DNA from: Candidatus Woesearchaeota archaeon
Lineage (GTDB): Archaea; Nanobdellota; Nanobdellia; Woesearchaeales; UBA10216
DNA length: 64,000 nucleotides
Direction of reading: 5' to 3'
Assembly (NCBI GenBank): GCA_002688315.1
Contig: NZCN01000010.1
Location: 7,756 to 71,755 of the forward strand
Position 1 is the first letter of the stretch, and every line of letters starts with the position of its first letter. The position numbers and the translations under genes were made by a program. The notes beneath the pieces were generated by a model. The model was not told the DNA's origin and did no database searches. It saw only the letters and a list, made by a program, of their open reading frames with translations. Shown in pieces: positions 40,323-49,230 of the stretch.

Positions 40323-41102
40323 ATGAAACTTTCAATAAAAAAAGTTTTGCTAGTGTACTACGTGCATAATTACAAAACTCTTGAACTGGTTGAGAAATGC
40401 TTGAAATCACATAAAATATCTTATACTGCAACAAGACGAGTGCATCTAACAAACACATTATGCAAAAACAAAGATTTAGTTATAGTTGTGGGAGGAGATG
40501 GCACTTTTCTTAGAGCAGCACATCACACAAACAATACACCGATTTTTGCAGTCAGCTCTGACACTAGATATAATGAAGCATTTTATGGGCAAGCAACGCC
40601 GAAAGATTTTGTAAAGAAGTTTAAGCGTTTGATGAAAGGCAAATTTCGAATAAGGAAACTGCCAAGATTAGAGGCAAAGATAAATGGAGTTAAACTGCCG
40701 TATCTTGCAGTGAATGAAATCTTTGTTGGAAGCAGACATCCGTATCATACTTCAAGATATGTTTTGAATGTACGCGGTAAAAGTGAGTTCCAAAAAAGCA
40801 GCGGAGTTCTTATTACAACAAAAACAGGCAGTACTGGCTGGGCAAAAAGCGCTGCAAAAGGAAAATTGAAAATACCAGAGAACGGGTTTGGATATGTTGT
40901 AAGAGAACCATACATTGGAAGACTTACAAAATCAAAGCTGCTGAAAGGCAGCTTGTCTGCTAAAGATAAAGTAAAAATCAATTCTCAAATGCATGCAGGA
41001 ATTGTTGTTGTTGATTCATCTGAAAAAGCGCATAAATTTGTCGACGGAGATAAATTGGAAGTTACAGTTTCCAAGAATTCTTTGAATTATGTTGAGTTTT
41101 GA
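40323..41102 (+). CDS. nadK: NAD(+)/NADH kinase
   Basis: GGDGT, NE, SSG, T.TGSTGW. Confidence 0.9.
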   Translation: MKLSIKKVLLVYYVHNYKTLELVEKCLKSHKISYTATRRVHLTNTLCKNKDLVIVVGGDGTFLRAAHHTNNTPIFAVSSDTRYNEAFYGQATPKDFVKKFKRLMKGKFRIRKLPRLEAKINGVKLPYLAVNEIFVGSRHPYHTSRYVLNVRGKSEFQKSSGVLITTKTGSTGWAKSAAKGKLKIPENGFGYVVREPYIGRLTKSKLLKGSLSAKDKVKINSQMHAGIVVVDSSEKAHKFVDGDKLEVTVSKNSLNYVEF

Positions 41103-41149
41103 TTTATAAATAGAAAAAATTCTTAAAGAAATTAGCAAGCATAACTTAA

Positions 41150-41992
41150 ATGGGCTGGTTTCATAGAGACTTGCAAGAAGAAATAGACAGAATAATTCAA
41201 ACACTAGATAGAGATAACATTGAATTGCCACGAGATTGGCAATGGGTAAAAAAGAAACAACCCAAACTTTCTGAGATAGATGCTCTAGACGTTGAGTTGA
41301 TGAAAAAAATAGTAGAATTACACAAAAGAGGATTAGATATTCCTGAATTAGCCAAAGAACTTTTTGAGAAAACAAGACTTCTGCACCATTATCTTAACAC
41401 ATTGAAGCACAACTCTAATGTAAATGCAACAACCATAGACGAGTTAATAAATGAAATTAAGAAACTATACCAACAAGAAGCAAATACTGAAGCAAGTTAC
41501 GAAAGGTTAATTGTGTCGACTCCATATGCGTATAGGCTTTCGCATAGAACAAACAAAGGAAGTGCTGAAATGATAATGAAAAGAGGGTTTGGTAGTTTTG
41601 ACTTCTATCAGAGACAAGGGCCATTGGTTACACTCACAGGAACAGCGGATTTACTTTCGGAACATACTGAACAAGCCATCCACCAAATAGGACAACGGCA
41701 TAGAGGGAACGACGTTGTAGTTATAATAGAAATTCCAAAAGCTATAATGCAAAAAGCGCAAGAAAGAATTAAGGAAAGATTGGCAAGCGAAAAAGCATCT
41801 GGCGGAATACCGTTATTGGGATTAGCAGGAACTGACAGATGGAACATAGAAGATCCCTTGTTAGTTTATTATCCAGATGGCACAAAAAATAGCCAATCAC
41901 TAAAACCAGAATATATTCTCGGTTACGCAGAATTGGCGATGAAACGAATACACATGAATCCAAAATACAAAAACGGGTTGCATTACGGTTAA
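41150..41992 (+). CDS. Hypothetical protein: helical N-terminus, possible ADP-ribosyltransferase-fold C-terminus
   Basis: HRT...IMKRGF, IIEIP, PEYILGY pattern. Confidence 0.55.
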   Translation: MGWFHRDLQEEIDRIIQTLDRDNIELPRDWQWVKKKQPKLSEIDALDVELMKKIVELHKRGLDIPELAKELFEKTRLLHHYLNTLKHNSNVNATTIDELINEIKKLYQQEANTEASYERLIVSTPYAYRLSHRTNKGSAEMIMKRGFGSFDFYQRQGPLVTLTGTADLLSEHTEQAIHQIGQRHRGNDVVVIIEIPKAIMQKAQERIKERLASEKASGGIPLLGLAGTDRWNIEDPLLVYYPDGTKNSQSLKPEYILGYAELAMKRIHMNPKYKNGLHYG

Positions 41993-41999
41993 TAAAAGT

Positions 42000-42272
42000 A
42001 GGCAGGCGCACTAGCAATTGAATCAAACTTTTGCCAAAAGATTAACCTTGACTTTTCCTCGCTTCCGCGACCCTTCAAGCGCCATCGCATATGATTAACG
42101 CTGCTCTGTTCCCAGCCTGACGTGGTTTTCAAAAGCAACAACCCTGAAGGACAGAAGGTCAACGTACGAGCCAAGACCTTCGGCTACAGTCTGAACCGCT
42201 CACCAGCTTCACTCCACCGTAAAGCCCGTTTGTGGTAACAAAAGAGGGCTAACCTCCCAGTATAGCCTGCCT
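42000..42272 (-). ncRNA. ffs: Archaeal signal recognition particle RNA
   Basis: Terminal helix AGGCAGGC/GCCTGCCT; helix 8 TCAGGCTGGGAACAGAGCAG; Alu-like 5' region. Confidence 0.9.
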
Positions 42273-42297
42273 GTAAAAAGCGAAGATTTAGGGGTTT

Positions 42298-42609
42298 TTA
42301 AATCTGTCTAAATTCGCCAAAGATAGAAGATGTTTCTTCTGCCCGTACTCTAGCAGAAGCGCCGTCAATTTCTGCGGTGTCATAAATATCATTAACTGTC
42401 ATTAACCTATCACGAAATACGCTAAGAGAATAGTCATCATCCCGAGGGATATCTTGATGTAAGCAACTTAACATTCTAAATAATTGCTCCATAACAATTA
42501 CTGTTTCTGCGTGTTCAGGACAACCCTTAAGATCTCTTAGTTTATCATCTAATTTATCTAGGTCAATTTCGCCGTCTACGAAGGCTTCTGGAAGAGTTTC
42601 AAATTCCAT
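42298..42609 (-). CDS. Hypothetical acidic protein
   Basis: 103-aa ORF with upstream TATA-like motif. Confidence 0.55.
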   Translation of the reverse strand: MEFETLPEAFVDGEIDLDKLDDKLRDLKGCPEHAETVIVMEQLFRMLSCLHQDIPRDDDYSLSVFRDRLMTVNDIYDTAEIDGASARVRAEETSSIFGEFRQI

Positions 42610-42645
42610 AGAAAAAAGTTAACTGGGAAGGGTTTTTAAAAGTAA

Positions 42646-43167
42646 CTATTCGTAAGAATCTAGTTCATGTAGGATGCTTTTAACAGCGGATTGATGAAAT
42701 TCATAATTGTTTAGAACAGGGTCTTGCCTATTCTGTCTAATTGAATTAAGCCCAGATCCAACATAACCTAAAGCTCCTATTCCAATAGTTGTTGCAAGAG
42801 TAATTCCTGCTAACATCCAACTTGATGTTATTTTTGGTGCTATAAAAGCTATATCAACTAATAACGTAGCGCCTGCGCCTATTGTTAAAGCTCCCCAATT
42901 TCTAAAATTTTGCCAAGAAAACAAATCATCAATGTAAGTTAAATCTTCTTCTAAACTTTTTGATCCTTTGATTATCCCTGTAGTTGGAGAACGTGATGAT
43001 CCTCTTCTTGCTACAGCAACATAAGAATCATTGTTAGAATAAAGCGTAAATCTTCCATGCGTTCCATATTGCTCATAGCCAAGCTCATCTTCCAGTAAAG
43101 AACACACATCATCAGGGTTAAAATTCGCATTTTTTTCAACCTGTTGGATTAGTGTTTCTACGGACAT
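42646..43167 (-). CDS. Hypothetical two-TM membrane protein
   Basis: Two Gly-rich hydrophobic segments. Confidence 0.6.
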   Translation of the reverse strand: MSVETLIQQVEKNANFNPDDVCSLLEDELGYEQYGTHGRFTLYSNNDSYVAVARRGSSRSPTTGIIKGSKSLEEDLTYIDDLFSWQNFRNWGALTIGAGATLLVDIAFIAPKITSSWMLAGITLATTIGIGALGYVGSGLNSIRQNRQDPVLNNYEFHQSAVKSILHELDSYE

Positions 43168-43202
43168 TAAATAGTTAGATATTTTAATCTACTTTATAAT
43201 TT

Positions 43203-44093
43203 TTATGATATTAGCAGAATAATACCATACCCGACAAAGCATCCTGCACTGACAAAAGGCATTGCTGGGTAGAATTTTCCTTTCTTGCTGAGGGCAAACA
43301 GAATTGCTAATCCTAAGGTTGCGAAAACAGGTATAACAAATGCTTTCTGGAAGCCGAATTGAGCCATTATAGTTCCTGCAAACAGCAATGGAAAGGCAAT
43401 ATCTCCTCCGCCAAGTATTGCTACACTCGCTTCCTTGGATGTTTTTTTACTGCTTGTTTTTTTAGTTTTAGAAATGGTTATTTTAGTAATTGAAGACAAA
43501 GATTTAGGAATAGTTAAGCCTGCAAACATATTTGAAGAAGTCTGGAATTTTGCCATAGCAACCATGTGCTTGCTTTTCCATACTGCATACATGTCATAAG
43601 CTGAAATAAGAAGTAAAAGAATAATTGCTGAAAAAATATTCAGTATGGGAACAAATATAGCTGCCAGCCCGCTGTAAATAAACAGTTCAGTAAAGTTATG
43701 AACAATAAAGTTTGGCTTGAAAAGCTTAAGAAGTGAAGCAATCAAAGCAGTAATCCATGCTATTGCCTGAGGGATAAAAACTGTCCAAGCAACTGCCAGT
43801 GAGAGTGTAACAGCAAGAAAATACCATGCTTTCCAAATCTTGAATTTTTTGAATTTTATCAGTATTAGAAGAATCGAAGTTCCAAGAATAACTGCAAATG
43901 TGATAAACAAGAACGCGTAATTAGGCTCTACATCCGGCCTTTCAATACCGCCAGGAAGAGCTTTGTAAGAAACAATGCCTGTTTTCTCAGTAAGCTCCTG
44001 GTCAACGTAATTATCAAGAACAAACAAGCCTATGAATTGGGCTACAAAGAATAACCCAAGCAAAGCAAAAACAATGGGAAAGGAATGCTTCAT
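43203..44093 (-). CDS. Presenilin/signal peptide peptidase-family GxGD protease
   Basis: AYDM, LGGGD, PAMP, multiple TMs. Confidence 0.9.
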   Translation of the reverse strand: MKHSFPIVFALLGLFFVAQFIGLFVLDNYVDQELTEKTGIVSYKALPGGIERPDVEPNYAFLFITFAVILGTSILLILIKFKKFKIWKAWYFLAVTLSLAVAWTVFIPQAIAWITALIASLLKLFKPNFIVHNFTELFIYSGLAAIFVPILNIFSAIILLLLISAYDMYAVWKSKHMVAMAKFQTSSNMFAGLTIPKSLSSITKITISKTKKTSSKKTSKEASVAILGGGDIAFPLLFAGTIMAQFGFQKAFVIPVFATLGLAILFALSKKGKFYPAMPFVSAGCFVGYGIILLIS

Positions 44094-44145
44094 ATGTATG
44101 AATTTTAGAGTTAACTATATAAATATTATTAACATTCCAAACACA

Positions 44146-44592
44146 GTGAAAATAGCTAATAATGTTAACGTAAGGGTTTTCTGCAAGGAAGATGAAGATA
44201 AAAAACTGGTAATTGAAAAGCTTAAGTTTTTGCTTCCGTTTGATTTAGAGAAAGAAAAAGTAAAGATAGAAGAAAAAAAAGCAGAAGGGTTTGATGACAA
44301 GAAAATAAATGTGATTAAAGTATTTCTAACCAAAGACAGACACATAAATACGTTTATTGAAAATTTGATTATTAAGCTTGGTGAAGAGAAAAAAACATTG
44401 TTAGAGCAAATTGGCTCTAGATTAGATGATGACTTGAATTTCTTTATCAGGCTGGATAAGAATATGCTATTGAAAGACAAATTTGTTTTAACAGATGCTG
44501 GTGATTGCTATCACATAAGAATTAACATTGCTGCCTTTCCCAAAAAGAAAGAAAAAGCAGTTGTTGTGTTGAAAGAGTTGTTTAAGTGTTAA
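44146..44592 (+). CDS. DUF54/COG1325-like RNA-binding protein
   Basis: GTG start; EDEDK..V, FFIRLDK, IAAFP. Confidence 0.75.
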   Translation: MKIANNVNVRVFCKEDEDKKLVIEKLKFLLPFDLEKEKVKIEEKKAEGFDDKKINVIKVFLTKDRHINTFIENLIIKLGEEKKTLLEQIGSRLDDDLNFFIRLDKNMLLKDKFVLTDAGDCYHIRINIAAFPKKKEKAVVVLKELFKC

Positions 44593-44744
44593 GTCGAGTT
44601 GTTAAGTACGCATCTTTTCTCTACACTGGCTCTGCCCAAGTAAGCATGCGTGCTTGGGTTAACTTCTCCCTCCCTTAAAGGTATGGGAGGGGGAAGTTGA
44701 GTTCGAAGAACCAGAGCTAGCGAGGGGTTAATTAGAATGTTGAC
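44593..44744 (+). ncRNA. Candidate four-way-junction structured RNA
   Basis: Four helices with G-U pairs on + strand only. Confidence 0.55.
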
Positions 44745-44750
44745 TTTACA

Positions 44751-45233
44751 TTAAGGCAGTATTTTTATGTTAAAATATTTTTTAAAATACCCTTTATTCC
44801 TTGTCAGAAGAAGCTCTGCATTATTTTGAGCGTGAGCACCTATAAGAAAATCTGTTAGAATGTGGTTTCTCCACGTAACTTGTGATTTACATTTATTGCA
44901 GTTGAATTTATTCACTGCGCCACATTTAGGGCACTGAATTTGTTTAAATTTTGAGAATTTATGCCATCTCTCAGCAGAAAGATTGAAATCTTCCATAGCA
45001 AAATCATATATTTGCACATCTAAATCTCTTAAAAAGAGATGCAGTTCAGAAATTGCTTCGTTCTTCCTGTATTTTCGCAAAAAAGCTGTAAGGATCTCAG
45101 AATACACAATTGGCGAAATCATCAAGCTGCCCATATTGCTGTATTTCTCAAGTAAAGCGCTACTCTGCCCTAAATATGTTAAATCGTTACCAAGAATATC
45201 AAGTAATATGTTAGTGTCAACCGCAGTTATCAT
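44751..45233 (-). CDS. PIN-domain toxin with Zn-ribbon insertion
   Basis: AVDTNI, YSE, CPKC...CNKC, DFLIGAHA, LLTR. Confidence 0.88.
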   Translation of the reverse strand: MITAVDTNILLDILGNDLTYLGQSSALLEKYSNMGSLMISPIVYSEILTAFLRKYRKNEAISELHLFLRDLDVQIYDFAMEDFNLSAERWHKFSKFKQIQCPKCGAVNKFNCNKCKSQVTWRNHILTDFLIGAHAQNNAELLLTRNKGYFKKYFNIKILP

Positions 45234-45436
45234 CTCAACTCCTTCATAATGTCATCAGTTTTAAATCTGCCAAGGCGCCCCTTCCACTTATCAAAAGGTA
45301 GTTTTTTTGGTTTCTTTAGCAAAACAACTTTACCGTGTTCCATTTCAAAGTCTACCTCATCGCCTGGCTTCACACCTAAAGCTGTCCTAAACTGCTTTGG
45401 AATTGTTACCTGAGATTTTTGAGTTAAAGTAGTCAT
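45230..45436 (-). CDS. AbrB/MazE antitoxin
   Basis: QVTIPK.FR..LG.KPGD. Confidence 0.9.
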   Translation of the reverse strand: MTTLTQKSQVTIPKQFRTALGVKPGDEVDFEMEHGKVVLLKKPKKLPFDKWKGRLGRFKTDDIMKELR

Positions 45437-45466
45437 AGTAATACTTTTAAAGTAATACGTATTACT
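45437..45466. promoter_or_regulatory. Probable TA operator
   Basis: AGTAATAC repeat plus perfect palindrome AGTAATACGTATTACT (45451-45466). Confidence 0.6.
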
Positions 45467-45538
45467 ATTTAAATCTTACTATTTAGAACTTTTCACCAAT
45501 CAAAAAATATTTAAAACTACATTTTGTTTTGTCATATA

Positions 45539-46210
45539 ATGAATGATGTAAAAGTTAAACTTTCTGAAAATCTAAAAAAAGATTATCCAAACATAAAAGT
45601 TGCGATGTTAGAAGTTAGGAACGTTGTAAACAAAAAATCTGATTCTAAACTTGAAAATGAAAAAAGAAAACTTGAAGCATTTATAAGGAAGGAAGGTAAA
45701 AACTTGGAGAATAGCGATGTCATAAAGAACTACGATCGCTTTTTCAAGAAGTTTGGGAAGAGTTATCCCATTCAGTTTCAGATAAAATCAATACTTAACG
45801 GGCAGAGTTTTCCAGCGGTATCCACGGTTGTTGAAGCCATGTTTATGGCAGAACTGAAAAGTATGTTTCTAACTGCAGGGCATGATTTGGACTCATTAAA
45901 GGGAGAGTTACATACGAAAATGACAGGTGGAAGGGAGAGATATGAAAGAATAAATGGAAAGGAGCAGCAGTTGAAGGCAGGAGATATAATTACTTCGGAT
46001 GAGGAAAGCATAATATCAAGTGTTTTGTACGGTCCTGACCGTAGAACCAGTATCAATATGAATACGAAAAATTGCCTTTTTTTCTCATATTTTCCATACG
46101 GAGAAGATGACGCAAATATTAGACTGCACTTTAATAACATACTAAGCTATATAAAGCTCAGTTCTGATGGCGAACCAGAATTCTCAGAAGTCACTATATT
46201 TCAAATATAG
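45539..46210 (+). CDS. Stand-alone B3/B4 (PheRS-beta editing-like) protein
   Basis: P.VSTVVE, GHDLD, GPD.RT.I...TKN. Confidence 0.75.
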   Translation: MNDVKVKLSENLKKDYPNIKVAMLEVRNVVNKKSDSKLENEKRKLEAFIRKEGKNLENSDVIKNYDRFFKKFGKSYPIQFQIKSILNGQSFPAVSTVVEAMFMAELKSMFLTAGHDLDSLKGELHTKMTGGRERYERINGKEQQLKAGDIITSDEESIISSVLYGPDRRTSINMNTKNCLFFSYFPYGEDDANIRLHFNNILSYIKLSSDGEPEFSEVTIFQI

Positions 46211-46290
46211 TATATTTGCACCTATACAAAGGTATATAAAGAAGTTATAACTTTCAATATATTGATTAAAATGACTAATGCAAACCGCGA

Positions 46291-46336
46291 TGGTTGCCTT
46301 TGGGCAGCGTCAGGAACTGACTGGTTGCCTTTGGGC
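46291..46336 (+). repeat. 15-bp direct repeat TGGTTGCCTTTGGGC x2 with 31-bp period
   Basis: Copies at 46291 and 46322. Confidence 0.9.
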
Positions 46337-46539
46337 GTAAGAGTTGTAGATTAGTTCTCGGAGTTCTAAGTAGTTGTAAATCTGGCATTTCTCAGAAAGA
46401 AATTGTAGATAAGACTGGGCTTTCTTTGAGGAGTGTTAAGGGTTCTCTAAAGATTCTCGAGTCTATGGAATTAATATTTTCTATATTGCAATTAAATGAT
46501 GTGAGAAGGAAGTTGTATTTTTCTGAGGTTGAGAAATGA
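46321..46539 (+). pseudogene. Winged-HTH regulator, frameshifted or CTG-initiated
   Basis: SQKEIVDKTGLSLRSVKGSLKIL...DVRRKLY; ATGA overlap with the racemase; no in-frame ATG before the HTH. Confidence 0.65.
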
Positions 46540-47243
46540 AATCTGTTGGAATTGTCGGCGGGCTTGGTTCAAAAACAACCGCTAGATTCTATCTGAAAAT
46601 ATCAGATTGTTTTAGAGAGAACAGGAAGGTTAGTCCTAAGATAACAATAGATAACTGTGCATTTCCTTTAGAACTTGAAGAAGAAATAATATTAAAGTCA
46701 AAAAATGAAGCTAAGCTTCTTCCATTTCTGAAAGAAAGCATTGCAAGATTGAATAAAGCAGGAGTGGATTTGATAGTTATTCCCTGCAATACTGCTCATT
46801 TGTTTATAGACGAATTACGAAAACATTCCAAAGCTAAAATATTGAGTATTCTGGAAGAAATGGTTAAAGAAGTTAAGAGAAAAAATATCTCAACAGTTGG
46901 TATTCTTGCAACTTCAAAAATTGTTGAAAGTGGCTTATACCAAAAGATACTGGAAAAGGAAGGGATTAGCTACGTACTACCTAATAAAAAATCACGAAAA
47001 GTTTTATCTAAATGTATTTTGGAAATTCTGGAAAATAAAAGTAACCAAAAGACAAGAAACAAAATCAAAAAAGTATTCCAGCACTTGCTTAAGGAAGGAG
47101 CAGAAACAGTATTTCTTGCATGCACAGACTTAAAATTAGTTTTGGGTAAAAACATTGTGAAACATATTGATTCTTTCGATATTTTATTTGAAGCTACGAT
47201 TAAAGAAATGGAAGGAGGAAAAAATGGAACTAGGACAACTTGA
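46536..47243 (+). CDS. Aspartate/glutamate racemase family protein
   Basis: GIVGGLG, PCNTAH, GILAT, LACTD. Confidence 0.92.
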   Translation: MKSVGIVGGLGSKTTARFYLKISDCFRENRKVSPKITIDNCAFPLELEEEIILKSKNEAKLLPFLKESIARLNKAGVDLIVIPCNTAHLFIDELRKHSKAKILSILEEMVKEVKRKNISTVGILATSKIVESGLYQKILEKEGISYVLPNKKSRKVLSKCILEILENKSNQKTRNKIKKVFQHLLKEGAETVFLACTDLKLVLGKNIVKHIDSFDILFEATIKEMEGGKNGTRTT

Positions 47244-47772
47244 AGAAGAGATAGTAAGAATTCTGCTTGATAATGATGGAACAAGAAAAGAGGATGTCGT
47301 TGATATCACAGAAGAAAATGGCACAATTTATGTAATGGTTAATAGACGCATAGGAACTAAAAGAGAAGGTGTGGTTACTTATGAAAGAGTTGAACAAAGA
47401 CGTCTTAGAATAATGACTGCATCGGAGCAAGTAGAATTTCAAAATTTGCTAAAACATCCAATGACTGTTGCCCATACATATAATGGCGCGAATTTAATTA
47501 AGCTAAAAAAACAAAAAAATGGGCTAGGAAGGTTATTAAGTAATCTACAAGGAAACGGATATAGTTTAATTTCTGTAGCAACATACCATATGGTGAGCCC
47601 TTTTGATTTATTAGTACCTATAACGGCCACAAAAAGAGATGAAAGAGGAAGTAAGAAAAATGTTAGTAGATTGTTTACACATGCAGATAACCAAACTTCT
47701 AATGGACATTTTATCAGTCATCATCGTTACTGTTTAGACACCACACCACAATATATAATAAATAATTCATAA
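47224..47772 (+). CDS. Hypothetical protein
   Basis: GGAGG SD before ATG 47224. Confidence 0.6.
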   Translation: MELGQLEEEIVRILLDNDGTRKEDVVDITEENGTIYVMVNRRIGTKREGVVTYERVEQRRLRIMTASEQVEFQNLLKHPMTVAHTYNGANLIKLKKQKNGLGRLLSNLQGNGYSLISVATYHMVSPFDLLVPITATKRDERGSKKNVSRLFTHADNQTSNGHFISHHRYCLDTTPQYIINNS

Positions 47773-47804
47773 GATTTAAATAAAGAATAGGAGCAAGTTG
47801 GAAC

Positions 47805-48896
47805 ATGGCAAAGAAAAGACTAATTGACCCTTACGGAAGCGAACTAGTGGAAGATTATACTAAATTGATCGCTGACTTTCATCTTGAAAAGTTTGATGCT
47901 TCGTTATTTCCAAAACCTAACAGGCTTATGAGAAGAGGGGTAGTTTATGCAGGATTAGGGCAGAAAATTATTTCTGATGCTATCAAACAAAAAAAACCGT
48001 TTTACGTTCTTAGCGGCATAATGCCAACTGGAGATAAGATTCATTTTGGAACTAAAATGGTTGTAGAGAACATAGCTTACTTCCAAAAAGTGGGTGCTGA
48101 GGCTTATATTCTAGTAGCTGATTTAGAGGCAGAAGCAACAAGAGGAGTTTCTTTGGAACAAGCTAGAAAAAGAGCCTTTGATTTTCACATACCTGCGTAT
48201 ATCGCACTTGGTTTAGACCCAAAAAAGACTACTTTCTACTTTCAATCAGAGAATGTAGAAGTAATGAGAGCTACTGCACTGTTTTCTAAAAAAGTAACAC
48301 TAAACCAGTTTTTAGCAATGTATGGAAATGCAGATCCTGGAAGAATAATAGGAGCAATAACGCAAGTCGCTGATATTCTTTATCCTCAGTTTAAGAGACG
48401 GATGCCAGGAGTGATTCCTGTTGGCTCTGATCAATTACCACACATATTGCTCACAAGAGATATTGTAGGAAGGATGAAAACACAAAAGTTTGTACCTCCA
48501 AGCACGGTTTTAAACAAGTATGCTCCTTCTCTTGATGGCTCCATGAAGATGTCTAAGTCACAGCCAGAATCATGTATCGAACTGCCTGAGGACCCTAAAA
48601 TTGTCTGTAAGAAGATAAAGCGCGCTTTAAGTGGTGGCAGAGATACTTTAGAAGAGCACAAGCGCCTAGGAGCTGATGTTGAAAAGGATATGGCTTTTGA
48701 ATTGCTTAAACAACATTTAATAGAAGACGATAAAGAGTTAGAGAATATTTACAAAAAATACAAATCAGGAAAAATGACTTCTGGGGAAATAAAAGAAATA
48801 GCATGCGAAAAAATGACAGAATTCATGAATACATTTGAAAAAAAGCTGGAAGAAGTGAAAAAACAAGTTTCTAAATTGAAGTTTGTGAAGGCATAG
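47805..48896 (+). CDS. trpS: Tryptophan--tRNA ligase (archaeal type)
   Basis: GIMPTG..HFG, QVADIL, PVG.DQ.PH, KMSKS. Confidence 0.95.
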   Translation: MAKKRLIDPYGSELVEDYTKLIADFHLEKFDASLFPKPNRLMRRGVVYAGLGQKIISDAIKQKKPFYVLSGIMPTGDKIHFGTKMVVENIAYFQKVGAEAYILVADLEAEATRGVSLEQARKRAFDFHIPAYIALGLDPKKTTFYFQSENVEVMRATALFSKKVTLNQFLAMYGNADPGRIIGAITQVADILYPQFKRRMPGVIPVGSDQLPHILLTRDIVGRMKTQKFVPPSTVLNKYAPSLDGSMKMSKSQPESCIELPEDPKIVCKKIKRALSGGRDTLEEHKRLGADVEKDMAFELLKQHLIEDDKELENIYKKYKSGKMTSGEIKEIACEKMTEFMNTFEKKLEEVKKQVSKLKFVKA

Positions 48897-48946
48897 AACC
48901 TTTTTTCCAAAGGTTTTTTAAATCCTAGCGGAGTTCTTCAATTTTT

Positions 48947-49018
48947 ATGACTGAATTAATCATAACTGAAAAACCGAAATCTTTATATAATAGGACAATT
49001 GTCCCATTTATTCTATGA
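48947..49018 (+). pseudogene. Orphan 5' remnant of topA (MTELIITEKPKS plus 11 element-derived codons)
   Basis: 24/27 nt identical to topA codons LIITEKPKS; all three differences synonymous. Confidence 0.85.
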
Positions 49019-49230
49019 GGAAACGTGGACCGGATGTAAAAAAGATTGAAACAATAAAACGAGTATTAAAAAGTTATCCTAACGGTTTGTGGATAAGAGA
49101 AATCTCTAGAAAATCAAAGATAAGTAAGTCTACCGTGCATAGATACATAAGAGAATATATGAAGAATGATGTAGAGTGTGTACTAAAAATATCAAATTTG
49201 ATGGAGGTTTATAAGCTTAAGAGGAAATGA
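49015..49230 (+). CDS. Small winged-HTH protein
   Basis: PNGLWIREISRKSKISKSTVHRYI. Confidence 0.85.
   Translation: MRKRGPDVKKIETIKRVLKSYPNGLWIREISRKSKISKSTVHRYIREYMKNDVECVLKISNLMEVYKLKRK

Noticed and set aside
41989..42174. 61-aa ORF in the track
   Set aside because: Lies inside the SRP RNA.
44695..44720. GTTCGAA in the four-way RNA suggests a tRNA
   Set aside because: No 5-bp T-stem, and arm lengths do not fit a tRNA.
46291..46336. Guanidine-II riboswitch or CRISPR remnant
   Set aside because: Loops are UUUG, not ACGR; only two 15-bp copies and no cas genes.
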